64,000 nucleotides of DNA from Octopus vulgaris (GCA_951406725.2 OX597815.1:65596001-65660000), one strand, 5' to 3'; positions 1 to 11,964 are shown, counted from the stretch's first letter. A program made the numbers and translations. The notes: generated from the sequence alone by a model not told the origin.

Positions 1-545
1 ATTGGTGAAGAAGATTTCATCTTGTTCAAAAAAGACAACAACAGCAGATGTGACTTCCCACAGTGTTTTTTTCATGTTGGGGAACAGATGATAGTCAGAT
101 GGGGTAAAATTAGGAGAATAGGAAGGGTGATCAACCAGTTCAAAGCTAGTCATGCACAGCAGCCATTGAAACCAAGGACTTGTGTGTTGGAGTATTGTTC
201 TGATGAAACAAGACCCCGCTTCATCAATTTTCCTGGGTGTTTGGTCGTAATAGCCTTTCGTAACAGCCTCAGCAAGTTGGTATAGTACTTCTCATTGATG
301 GTGTGGCCCTTTTGAAGATAGTCAATGAGCACAATGCCTTTTACCCCCCCCCCCCCAAAAAAAAAAAAACGAAGGCTATTACCTTCCCTGCAGATAAAAT
401 GACCTTGGCCTTCTTTGGAGCAAAACGAAGAGGAGTGTTTCCATTGCATGGATTGTCTCTTTGTCTCTAGTTCAATGTGATTAAGCCAACACTCATCATA
501 GTTCAGGCAATCTTCAAGGAAACCAGCCTCTAGCAATGTCAGACT
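1..545 (-). mobile_element. Decayed mariner (DD34D-type) transposase fragment
   Basis: Minus-strand translation gives YDECWLNHIELETKRQSMQWKH and KGIVLIDYLQKGHTINEKYYTNLLRLLRKAI, followed by an HP.YSP.L.PSD-like region: mariner catalytic domain with frameshifts. Runs off the window edge. Confidence 0.85.
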
Positions 546-555
546 TTCCTGTGAC

Positions 556-593
<38 letters not shown>

Positions 594-744
594 CTATCCA
601 TGATTGCAAGTAGTAACAAGTTTGCACCTGCGTTGATATATCATAGAACAGCGATAGGATGTAAGTATATATGTAGAGAAAGATGACTCGCAAGAAGCAT
701 TGCTTGCAGCAAACGTGAGAGATGCAGCATATAATTTGGAGATG

Positions 745-1995
745 TCTGGAAAAGCAGCCTAAAATGAATATAGTGAAGAACAGATACCTGACGGCTTCTT
801 AGAAATATTATTTTCTAAAATATAACGTTTAGCAACGCATAGTTCGTTGTAACATGAACTGTTCAAATAGTTTATGCTCATGAGTTGATAAATAAGAGAT
901 AATCTTGAAACTTCTGAGAATGCTTCTGATTCAAGAGACAAAGCTTCTCCAGCTGCCAATATTTTCGTGTTGCGTTCATTAAAGCGACTTTGAAATTCTT
1001 CAGTACAGTTATCAAAACGCAGTTGTAAATACGATTAAAAAGTAGATATTTGTTATCAGAATCTTCATGACCCAGCGTTGAAATTATTACAGATGATTGT
1101 GTAATATTCTCTAGAATTCTATGAGTGCATTGAGGAATAGAACATTCGTCTTCTACATTAAATGTCCTAGCCCGAGAGAAGATGCTCTGAAATTTTCCCT
1201 TATCTATTCTAATTTCTTTCAAAATATTCAGTACAGTATTTATAAAAGTACTCCTTCAGATAAATCTCAGTAGTGGCGTTGTAACAATTTATTTGGTGCA
1301 TCAAGAACTTTCAGAATATCTACAAGAAGAATGGCAATGAAAATGAATTTGAGGCTAGTAATCTGTTTCAAAATACCTTTTGACTCAGTTCTGATGTCCA
1401 TGTCAGAATTGTTGCGTTTTGCACCGCTAAGCACTTGCGCTGTGCCCATGATCGGTACGTATAGCGTTAACAGTTGCTAAATGCTCTGACCAATGTTATT
1501 CCAATAAGCGCTTCAAATGTGTACCTTTGTTTGCAGTAAACAACTTTGGTTTACGCAGAAAGTGTTAAAGAGCTTTTTGACAAAGCATTATGCCAGTTAG
1601 TATATCCTTCAACTTTAAAACTATTGCCAACATTCTGGGATGTACAAAAATGCCAATTGCAGAAAGCAGCCTTAGACTGAACTAAGAATTCTGACCCTGG
1701 TCTGCCATTAAACCATGAAGCACAGAAGTCTCATTTTCTTACCGTATTGTTTAGAATGGTACACTGATAATTTTGGCTGGCATGACACCGTATCTAATCC
1801 AGATAAATCGTTTGGAAAACATACCAAGTTCTGTTTTGCATAACGAAGAAATAGAAAGATGGTGTAATGTTGCAGATTCAATTAACTATGGTTGATCTGA
1901 AATGTAAGAAATCTCGGTCTCATCATTTTTGCAAGTTTTGGAGATTTTAGAATTTCCGACCAAAAGCATTGACAAGATAGATGTTCGTCGTTTCA
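745..1995 (-). mobile_element. Decayed hAT (ZMYM1/ZBED-like) transposase fragment
   Basis: Minus strand reads GTHLKRLLE*HWSEHLATVN and DIRTESKGILKQITSLKFIFIAILLVDILKVLDAPNKLLQ, typical of the hAT RW motif and following helix. Multiple stops. Confidence 0.7.
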
Positions 1996-2142
1996 TTACT
2001 TTTTCATTTGAATATAATAAAATTTGTTTATTGTTATGTTTCGGAATGGTCTTCTTTTATTTTATTTTTTGTCAAATAAACACGCCCTATATATTTGTTC
2101 ATCACTCGTTTATTATAGCTCTTGTTTTATCTCATGCCCATT

Positions 2143-2185
2143 GCCAGGAAATCTTTCGTCACACACCTGTGGCCTCTTCAGCGAC
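2143..2185 (-). ncRNA. Hammerhead-ribozyme-like motif, left arm of foldback (opposite polarity)
   Basis: Reverse complement: gtcg-CTGAAGA-ggccaca-ggtg-tgtgac-GAAA-gatt-TC-ctggc. Confidence 0.55.
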
Positions 2186-2265
2186 GTTTCTACACTACAT
2201 GTATCATCCTGTTCTGTTTAGTCCATTCTCTAAACTGAACAGAAGGATACATGTGGGATAGAAGA

Positions 2266-2308
2266 GTCGCTGAAGAGGTCACAGATGTGTGACGAAAGAT
2301 TTCCAGAC
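2266..2308 (+). ncRNA. Hammerhead-ribozyme-like motif (minimal type I), right arm of foldback
   Basis: gtcg-CTGAAGA-g-gtcaca-gatg-tgtgac-GAAA-gatt-TC-cagac: intact core boxes, 6-bp stem II, short near-palindromic stem III. Confidence 0.65.
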
Positions 2309-2785
2309 AATGAACATAAAATAGATTAAGAACAATGATAAACGAGTGAAGAACGAATATATAGCGCGTGTTTATTCGATCAAAAGAAAAAAAAATGACC
2401 ATCCTGAAATGTAACAATAAATGTAACACGAGATTTCACATCAGGAATCTTGCAAAATAAATTCATAAACGCAGCATTCTTTTTTTCAAGTAAAATAATA
2501 TAAAATTGCTGTAATGAAAAGCAAATAATTGACAGTTATTATTTTGAAAAAACAGAGTATTCGGGGAATAGACTGGCCAAAATGCCTGCTCCGATCCTAT
2601 ATTTTTAAGTTGCTGCACGATTTTAATCGGAGAGGTAATGTTATAATCGAAGATTTGAAGGCAAAGTACAATTAGGTCAACTTGAAGAACCTTAACTTTT
2701 TCGATACAATCGAAGAAAGACGTCGAAATCTCACTGCTAATGAGACGAGTTTCTGAAGGGAATGAAATAAATTTTTATATCTCTC

Positions 2786-2786
<1 letters not shown>

Positions 2787-2871
<85 letters not shown>

Positions 2872-2900
2872 TGTGTGTGCGTGTATTTGTGTGTGTGTGT
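2787..2900. repeat. (GT)n microsatellite; representative of dozens of (CA)n/(TA)n/(TATG)n/(GA)n tracts in the window
   Basis: Directly visible. Other long tracts include 11706-11752, 40145-40528, 50077-50126, 56870-57110 and 60847-60922. Confidence 0.99.
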
Positions 2901-3552
2901 TTGTATACATAGATTAGAAGAAGTATTCTTAAAGGTGGTCAGTATATGGTCTAAATAGCGCTAGCACAAACAGTAACCCATATATATATATATATATATG
3001 TAGGTGTGTGTGTGTGTGTGTGTATTTGTGTGTGTATGTGCGTTTGTATAGATAGGATTGGAAGCAGTATTGATAAAGTGTAAATGAATGAATAAATGCG
3101 TGCGCGCGTACGCGCTTTTCTGTCCGTGCGTGCGCGTATGTGTGTGTATTTAGGTACATATGTATATGTGTTCTGCGGAGCATCAGTAGTATATAAATCT
3201 ACATTTCATTAGCGCTGTTGTATTTGTGTTGTTGCTGTTATTGTTGTCGTTATTGACGATGTTTTTTCTTTAGTTGTTGCTTTTAGTGGATAAAAAAGTT
3301 TTGTTTCTGCAGTCAATTATACAACAGATTACATTTTAGATTATAACATTTAGATACAAACAGAAAAAACAAATGAGAAAGATGACGAAAGAGAAAAATA
3401 AAGAAAAAAGTGAGGTGGGGGTGAAAGCAGCAGACGATGGAGGGTGAGGGGACGATGAGCCTCGCCTCTTCAAAACAAATGGTGTGCTCAACTATGCTCT
3501 GGGGTAATGACCGCGATGGCGTTGCTGCGGAGAATGGTTCAACAATTCTCTC

Positions 3553-3685
3553 TGGAGGTTGACTTTGCCTTTCATCCTTTTGAGGTCGATAAATTAAGTA
3601 CCAATTGCATACTGGAGTCGATCTAATCGACCGGCCTCCTCCCCCAAAATTTCGGGCCTTGTGCGTAGAGTAGAAAAGGATCCTC
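3553..3685 (+). mobile_element. Partial tRNA-derived SINE family A (Meta/MESC-like central domain)
   Basis: gactttgcctttcatccttttgaggtcgataaattaagtacc...gggccttgtgc, matching about 30 other copies in the window. Confidence 0.8.
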
Positions 3686-3799
3686 CCTGGAACGGGTACG
3701 ACGTTTTCTTCGTATTTGCCTTTTTGTCTTTCATTCAGTATCATTTCTTCCTCCGTTATTTCCCTGGCGAATTGTTGACTCGTCTCTTTGGTTCGTCTT

Positions 3800-4020
3800 A
3801 TTCTTTTACTTGTTTCAGTCATTTGACTGCGGCCATGCTGGAGCACCGCATTTAGTCGAACAAATCGACCCCAGAACCTATTCTTTGTAAACCAAGTACT
3901 TATTTTATCGGTCTCTTTTGCCGAACCGCTATGTTACGGGGACGTAAACACACCAAAATCGGTCGTCAAGCGATGGTGTGGAGACAAACACAGACACACA
4001 AATACACACACACACACATG
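3800..4020 (-). mobile_element. 3' half of CORE-type SINE family B
   Basis: ttttacttgtttcagtcatttgactgcggccatgctggagcaccgc...; same block at 9570, 11440, 31650 and 60660. Confidence 0.8.
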
Positions 4021-4506
4021 TATATATATCACACGTGACTACAGGCCATTTCTATTGCCCCTTTCTTTTCTGGACAGGACGTTCACTGGGTTGGGTGTCA
4101 TTTTTCTCGGCTCCCGACATTTTTTTTCTTCTACTATTTTCTTCTCTTTTAATTATTCTATTTCCTTGAAAAAAATTCTCCCAGGCGTTACTCATGACAA
4201 TTCGTCTTGGCCTAACGGCTCTTAATGTTTGTCTTCGTCGATTATTTACTCTGTATGTACATTCTGTTGTTGTTTGTTTGTTCGAAGCCTTAACTCTCCA
4301 CAAATTTTATATTCTAAAAATTTCTGGATGCTGCTGTCTTATGAAGTAGACCTATCTTGTCGTTAAAAGCATGAAATAGGAATAATAAACAGTTCGACAA
4401 CTGGTGAGAAGTTATCTTCTTTTGGTGTTTTGTCCTATACTTTTCTCTCGTGTGTTTACTTATTTTTCACTCGTTGGTGATAACCTGTACACAATGTGTA
4501 TTTTTC

Positions 4507-4554
<48 letters not shown>

Positions 4555-4759
4555 GTGTATGTATGTATGTATGTATGTATGTATGTATGTATGTATGTAT
4601 GTATGTACACGCACATGGACCCGTCGCTAAGAGCACTGCTCCTCACTATCCGATGATGCATTCTCAGATTTAGAAAATACAGTTTGCAAAAGCTTGCCGC
4701 AATATATTTCTTGAAGTCTTACTAACTTTTCTCTTTGATCCAAAACGGAAAATAAATGA

Positions 4760-4905
4760 CGTGGCTGTATGGTAAGAAGCTTGCTTCCTAACGACATGGT
4801 TCCGGGTTCAGTCTCACTGCGTGATACCTTCTACTGTAGCCTCGTGTCAACCAAAGTCATGTGAGTGGATCTGGCAGACGGACACTGAAAGAATCTCATC
4901 ATCTA
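4760..4905 (+). mobile_element. 5' head of CORE-type SINE family B
   Basis: gtggctgtatggtaagaagcttgcttcc...ggttccgggttcagtctcactgcg (A/B-box-like), ending in (TA)n. Confidence 0.75.
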
Positions 4906-5047
4906 TATATATATATACTACACGTGTTTCAGTATTGGAAGATTATAATATATATATACATATACGCGACTGTATACCCATATATATACATATATAAATA
5001 CATATATGCAATCGACAGATTTACAGTTATTCCAAAGCATCTTAATG

Positions 5048-5248
5048 TGTTAGAAAATCTCCATAACAGAAGAAAACTGTAACTATACTGAGAAGCAATG
5101 TTTATTGCCACTTCAACATGGCTGTTTCAGTAGGAACCGACGTTATTACCATGAAACTGTGGTAGTAACAGAACAACTATGTTCAAGTGGTAATAAACAT
5201 TACTTCTCAGTATGGTTACTGCTTTCATCTCTTATGGAGATTTTCTAA
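5048..5248. repeat. Imperfect foldback (about 80-100 bp arms)
   Basis: ttagaaaatctccataa (5050) pairs with ttatggagattttctaa (5232); atactgagaag/cttctcagtat; inner gttattacca/tggtagtaac. Confidence 0.9.
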
Positions 5249-5349
5249 CTAGCTAATATGCTTGTTGTAAGATCAGTGTCTAATTATCACTTATTTTTCT
5301 GTATATTGTGAGCTAGAACATTCTACTGTTATCTCTAGCAGACGAGTAT

Positions 5350-5397
5350 CCACCACTGAGGATGAGCACATTAGCTCGAAACCGTACGGTCTGTTGG
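5350..5397 (+). ncRNA. Minimal type-I hammerhead ribozyme (Penelope pLTR type)
   Basis: ccacca-CTGAGGA-t-gagc-acatta-gctc-GAAA-ccgtacgg-TC-tgttgg: all core nucleotides, 4-bp stem II, palindromic stem III, GUC cleavage triplet, stem I 5/6 paired. Confidence 0.8.
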
Positions 5398-5538
5398 TCC
5401 CGTCACTGGAAGATTGTAGGGGTTCACTTCCTTGCTTGCAATCTATATCGGGTGCAGATTACATCGACTAACTAGCTGGAAGAGGCATCCTCCTGGGGGT
5501 TAAAATGATAGTAACGTCGGTCCCTACGGAACAGCCAT

Positions 5539-5617
5539 GAAGGGCTACAGCATCTACATGAAAGGAAGAAGGGCTAGAGCATCTACATGAAAGGAAGAAG
5601 GGCTAGAGCATCTACAT
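5539..5617. repeat. 29-bp tandem repeat, about 2.7 copies
   Basis: Unit gaagggctagagcatctacatgaaaggaa. Confidence 0.9.
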
Positions 5618-5819
5618 AAAAACTAAAAGTTAATTCTTGCGTAAAATTTTCCGAGGAAGACAATGGAAGTAGTTCCGAGTCTCTTGGTGCCCCTCTAAGG
5701 GAGCTACAAGTTCTTTTCCAAAATGTTACCCAAAGCGTAGTCCAGACTAAAAAAAATGCCCAATCTAAGGGAGATAACATACATACAAACACAAACATGT
5801 ACACATGAATATGCAGAAT

Positions 5820-5882
<63 letters not shown>

Positions 5883-6267
5883 TACATATATATATATGCA
5901 TATAGACACATACACAAGCATACATTCAAAACATGAGTATCTCACCTTTCATTCGGATTTAGTGTAGGGACTGGAAAACTTCTCATATCAATGACCCCTT
6001 CGTGAAATTGCCGATAACTTATCGATCTCACCACCATATATTTAATCTATTTTAAAACAATAATTCCTTCGGGTACCCAACAGTATACACCACATCTGTA
6101 CACATGTCACACCGTCTCAGTAGCTTTGCACCGTGAGTCCAGGATGCTGTAAATGAAGAGGTGGATGTGATTAGCACTATCTATCGCCACTTACGTTATT
6201 TCACAGGGAGGTTTTACATTCTGATTGCGTTGATTCAGCTTCCTCGCCATAAACTTCAACAACCAGC

Positions 6268-6705
6268 TACAAGGTGGTATCAAAAACTTCCCAGACTAGT
6301 TATGTTTAATAAAACAGCTCATTTACTTAAGTTTTAACATCATCTCCTTCGAAATAGTTATCATACGCAGCAATACACCGGTCCCAGTGTTCCTGCAGAT
6401 TTTGGAACCCGGGCCGGAAATTGTTTTCCGTAAAGAGTCGAGGACCTTCTGCAATTCGCTCTGGATCTCGACAATGATGTTAAAACGGCAATTTTTGGGG
6501 AAGAGATGTTAGTCCGCAGGTGCTAAATCTGGCGAATTGGGCGGGAAACTCGCGAGTGAGGAGAGCTCGGTGACGTGGTGCATTGTCGTCATGAAAAATC
6601 CAGTTCTTAGCGCTCTACAGATCCGGTCCTATTGGTCGAATGTCCTCCCTCAAAGACTTCAAAACATCGTTGATTGTCCACCGACGATCGTCATGATGAA
6701 TTTTC
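6268..6705 (-). mobile_element. Mariner 3' fragment with TIR
   Basis: TA + caaggtggtatcaaaaacttcc TIR-like end; minus strand encodes WDRCIAAYDNYFEGDDVKT, a mariner C-terminus. Confidence 0.75.
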
Positions 6706-6724
6706 TCGTATATAAATTGCTTTA

Positions 6725-6920
6725 AAGTTTTGGCACAAGGCCAGAAATTTTGAGGGAGGGGTAGATCGATTCAAGTGCTCAACTGGTACTTATTTTATCG
6801 ACCTCGAACAAATGAAAAGCAAAGTCGACTTCAGCAGAATTTGAACTCAAAACGTAAAGACGGAGGAAATACTCCTAAGCATTTTGCCCAGCGTGCTAAC
6901 GATTCTGCCAGTTCGCTGCT
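6725..6920 (-). mobile_element. SINE family A
   Basis: Reverse complement has gcgaactggcagaatcgttagcac (A box), gagttcaaattc (B box) and the gactttgcttttcat domain. Confidence 0.85.
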
Positions 6921-7215
6921 GTAACCAACTATATAAATTGCTCTTCCTCATGGTACTTATTTTATTCTCCGGAGAAAGAGTAAGAGAGAGAATGGGGCAT
7001 GGCAAATATGTCGGTTTTATTTGCGTTATTGTTGATATCACTTATACGTCACCAGAGGGCGGGGCTGAATAGTCAGACTATTTTTAATGTCAGTGATATT
7101 ATTGTTGTTGTTACTGGTGGTGGTGTTGTTGTCGTACTGTTCATTCTTATGGATAGTTTCAACCATTTCTACACACGCGTTAATATACATACATTAGTAC
7201 ATACACAAACGCGCG

Positions 7216-7266
<51 letters not shown>

Positions 7267-8161
7267 GCACAAACGCACGCACGCACACACACACACATGT
7301 AATCGCTGAAACTCGAGAAGTTGTTTGCCTCTTGACACGCAAAACACTAAAACAAAAATAAAACAGAAATGAGTAAAAACAAAGAAATTCATCATTGTTC
7401 GCGGACTGGGTCCCTTTCTAGCTACCTCCTCCAGTTCTACCACCACCACTTCAAGAACGCTGCCCCTCTATTGTTGTGGTTGTTGTTGCTGTTGTTATTT
7501 TCATTACTTTTGCAATAGTTACTTTTAGCGCCGCTGCTGCTGCTGCTGCTGTTGTTGTTGTTGTTTAATTCCAGGTCATCCCAAATCAGGCAGACTTATG
7601 AGTTGAGGAATTCCGTCCTTGACCATCCCGCCTTTCCATATATTACTGGCCATAACCTTCGTTAAAGACGGCAGGATGTTATTTGAGAAAAATTTGGCTT
7701 CTATTTCTATCAGATCAAATAACTTTCGAGAGGTAACCTGAATGGCCTGTTGTTATCAGTACTGACTCTGGTTGTAACGACCTCGGAAGGATGAAAGAGA
7801 AAATTTGACGCCGGTGGGATTTGATCTCTGAAAATAAAGTGGTAAAAGGAAATGTCATTGGTAATGTAGTTCGTCCGCTGCTCTATCGATTCTGCCACTC
7901 CGCCACTCTAATAGCAACGACGACAATGGTGATGTCGATGACAACGACGGCGATGAATGCTGATAGTGATAATGACGACGACGACGACAAAGAGGAGGAG
8001 GAGCAGGGGGAGCAAGAGCAGAAGGAGGAGAGCAGTAAGATTACTAACAGAAATTATTTGAAGATTGGGAACTAAAAAGTAAAAATAGAAAAGAAAAAGA
8101 AACACGATGATGGAAGGAACATAAAAATAATCCACCAAAACGAAGAAATTATTATTATTAT

Positions 8162-8241
<80 letters not shown>

Positions 8242-8970
8242 AAAACAACAACACTGACTAAAGCGGTAGTAGCAGCAATAAGGCAAAGAAAGGCAGGCAT
8301 TGACAGCAGCACATTCCCCAGAAGAATTTTTGCATGTTAGAACCAACAACAACAATAACAACAGAAGCAGTAGTAGCAGGAGCGATGCAGAATTTGGTCA
8401 ACTCAGCAAATGCGAAAACAATGACCTCACTAAGAAGGATTATTTTTACCTCTCTACCATCATCAACACTCCATCGTTTTCATCATCACAATAACTACAC
8501 CATCATCATCGTCACTGTCGCCGTCGTTGTCATCAATAGCACTATCACCATCACCACAAACACCATCAACACCAACACCATCATCATCATCATCTTCATT
8601 ATTGTTACCATCATCATTATTGTCCTCACCGTCACCGTCACATACCAGAACCATTCCCGTCACCATCTTTTCACTGCAACCTCTACCATCCCTCTCCCAT
8701 CATTGCCAATAACAATGTCACAGTAATTACTACAAACCCTATCCCTCTCTATCACTGCCACTCACTTTGCTTCACTTAGTATCATCATTCACAACGAATA
8801 CCACTAGAAGCATCAACCCTACATCTCAACTACTAACGCAACCGTTGCATCATAGCTATCGTTACAACCACCACTAACATTACCGCCAACACCAATGCCA
8901 CTAGCACTAACGTCATCTTCATTACCCAATCATGTAAAAAGACACAGGTCTTTGCTCAGAATGCTGGTGG

Positions 8971-9019
8971 ATTCGCAGATACGGTGTTTCGACTTAAGAT
9001 GGCCTCCTCAGTGACGAAT
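8971..9019 (-). ncRNA. Hammerhead-ribozyme-like motif
   Basis: Reverse complement: attcgtca-CTGAGGA-ggc-catcttaa-gtc-GAAA-caccgta-TC-tgcgaat. Stem I attcg(t)ca/tgcgaat; stem III has one mismatch. Confidence 0.6.
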
Positions 9020-9149
9020 AATCCCGACGTTCCGAGCTATGCCGAATATGTTTGTTCCGATATAAACATCTGTAGGGATGGTTGTATTTGATTAAGCCAG
9101 TGACTGTAAACCATGGTCCATATGACCTTTGGGATGGGGTGTCTATATA

Positions 9150-9377
9150 AAATTTTACTGTTTAAATGTATGTGCAATAAATTCATTATACTTCTACATA
9201 ATACAAAATATTCGAAGAATTTTTCTTTATAGAATCGCCGATAATATTTAATTATAAAAATTTAAAAGGGTAATATTTAGTTATAAAAATTTAAAATATC
9301 GAATGGCTATGAGGGCCCATCAGAGTAAAATAGGAATCAAAGGAATCCATGCGGAAAAAATGGTTCAAAAATACTGA
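9150..9377 (-). mobile_element. Partial hAT-type MITE (same family as 57534-57849)
   Basis: Reverse complement starts cagtatttttgaaccattttttccgcatggattcctttgattcc, similar to the left end of the 57534 element. Confidence 0.5.
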
Positions 9378-10639
9378 ATTAAGCTAAGTCCAGTACTTGA
9401 TAGTTATTTCACTCTCTTAGAAAGGTACAGATTAGATAATGTAGTCCTGAGTACAATAAATCTGAAAATAAGCAGTTTAGTCATTACTTAGTTGAATTTA
9501 ATCATAGGTCTGCGCAATCAGGACTGAATTTGGGATTAAACAAAAGAAACCCATTGCATTATCGTCTTTAACTTGTTGCGGTTATGGACTGTAGCCATGA
9601 TAGGGCACCACATTGAAGAGTTTAGTCAAACAAATTGACCCCAGTGATTAATTTTTTTTAAAGTCCGGTACTTATACGATCGGTTTCTCTTGCCAAACTG
9701 CTAAGTTACGGGGACACAGTCAAACCAGCACCAGTTGTCAAAAGGTGGTGGGGGACAAACACAAAGATACACACGCACACGCACACACACACATACATAT
9801 TTACATAGATAGATGGGAGAGACTGTCTGGATGCTTGTAACAGAGTGGTCTCCAGTAAAGACACCAAAGGTAACAGAGGGTGGAGTTAAACCGGTTGATG
9901 GCTTAAGTCAACCACCCAACAAAAGAGAAAACTAAAATAATACCACAAAGCATCAAGGCATCATCATCGTCGTCGCCGTCGTCTTCATCATCATCACTAT
10001 CACCACCACCACCACAATCACCATCATCATTATCACCATCATCATCACCATCATGGTCATCATCACTGCCACCATCGCCACCGCCGCCACCACCATCAAG
10101 ACATTAAGGTCGTTGTTGGTACAAACCCGCCAAGCTACCGTTCGAGAGTGGTACTGTTTTTATCGACTGAAAGCATGAACAACAAGGCCAAGCCTGGCAG
10201 GACTTGAACTGAGATAAAGCGCAGAGAGTCGAATATATGCCGGGAAGCATCATATACGACTCTCTAATGCCTACCTAAAGAAAGAAAAGCAAAGCTGACC
10301 TCACTGGCATTTAGTAATCGATTCAACTAATCACTCATCAATAACCCGCATGGGCTAATATCTATAGATTTTGGGACACACAGTTTTGTTGTTAGAGCTG
10401 GGAATCTTATAGTCGATCATGTTGGTTCCAGTACTTCACAAAACCTTTATTTTAAGGACCCTCGGATAGATGAAGAGCAAAGTCGGTACCAGCAAAATTC
10501 AAAGAAAATGGGTGAATGTGTACTCAAAAATATAATTTTCAGTTGCGCGTGTGTGTGTTAAATCTTAAACAGTTTACTAGATACCAGAATGAAATGAAAT
10601 AAAATTTTCAACTATCAATGGAAAATAAATATAAATAGC

Positions 10640-11016
10640 TACTGCTACTCTAGGCACAAAGCCTCAAACATTTTCGGGGAAAGGGGATAGTCGATTACAT
10701 CGACTCCAGTAGGGAACTGGTACTTATTTCATCGACCCCGAAAGGATGAAAGGCAAAGTCGAATTTGAAGTCAGAACGTAGCGGCAGACGAAATACCTAT
10801 TTCTTTACTACTCACAAGGGGCTAAACACAGAGAGGACAAACGGATTAAGTCGATTATATCGACCCCAGTGCGTAACTGGTACTTATTTAATCGACCCCG
10901 AAAGGATGAAAGGCAAAGTCGTCCTCGGCGGAATTTGAACTCAGAACGTAGCGGCAGACGAAATACCGCAACGCATTTCGGCCGGCGTACTAACGTTTCT
11001 GCCAGCTCGCCGCCTT
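10640..11016 (-). mobile_element. Dimeric SINE family A
   Basis: Two body units joined by linker gaaatacctatttctttactac...aaacacagagaggacaaacggattaag. Confidence 0.85.
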
Positions 11017-11429
11017 AATAAATATAATATAAAAAGAAATGGTCCTCATATAGGATTTAAGTCAGTCTAGGCTTAAAGATCTTCAAGACTGAACCTCGGT
11101 TGGCACTCCTTGAGCAGCTGTTTGACCTAGAGAACTCTTTATTTATTGTCATGCACAAAATAAATAAATAAATGGATAAATGAATAAACTAGGTCATCAG
11201 GAGTTCTGTGAAATAACCTTTATAATAGTCAAGGGTTCTCTTGATTGATTGAGATGAAATATGAAAAATAATAATCGGATTATGATAGATGACTTTAATA
11301 TTTTAAATAACAGCTGTGATTAAAGATTAAAAGATTGACCGAAGAGTTTATTTACCGGATTTTAGGATAGAAAAGCCAAAAATGAATTAATTATAATGAA
11401 TAAATAAATAGATAAATTTATTTATTTAT

Positions 11430-11696
11430 TTACTCTTTTACTCTTTTACTTGTTTCAGTCATTTGACTACGACCATGCTGGAGTACCGCCTTTAGACGAG
11501 CAAATCGACCCCAGGAGTTATTCTTTGTAAGCCTAGTACTTATTCTATCGGTCTCTGTTGTCAAGCGATGTTGGGGGGACAAACACAAATACACAAACAT
11601 ACACACATACATACATACACACATACATATATTGTTGGGGGGACAAACACAAATACACAAACATACACACATACATACATACACACATACATACAT

Positions 11697-11759
<63 letters not shown>

Positions 11760-11931
11760 CATATATACGACAGGATTCTTTCAGTTTCCGTCTACTAAAT
11801 CCACTCACAAGGCTTTGGTCGGCCCGAGGCTATAATAGAAGACACTTGACCAAGGTGCCACGCAGTGGGACTGAACCCGGAACCATGTGGTTGGTAAGCA
11901 AGCTATTTACTACATAGCCACTCCTGCGCCT
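11430..11931 (-). mobile_element. Full-length CORE-type SINE family B with internal microsatellite
   Basis: Head ggcgcaggagtggct...gggttcagtccc, CORE-like ggcaccttggtcaagtgtctt, internal (TA)n/(TATG)n, then the 3' block; flanked by (TTTA)n. Confidence 0.85.
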
Positions 11932-11933
11932 AT

Positions 11934-11964
<31 letters not shown>

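Larger units (their letters stand above)
2023..2425. repeat. Imperfect foldback (about 200-bp inverted arms, 8-nt loop at 2222-2229)
   Basis: gtttag-tccattct-ctaaac at the centre; arms pair outward (gaaatctttcgtcacac/gtgtgacgaaagatttc; aataaacacgc/gcgtgtttatt). Confidence 0.9.

Noticed and set aside
5539-5617. 29-bp repeats as a CRISPR array (also 16-bp repeats at 42660-42715)
   Set aside because: Head-to-tail without unique spacers; eukaryotic context; no cas genes.
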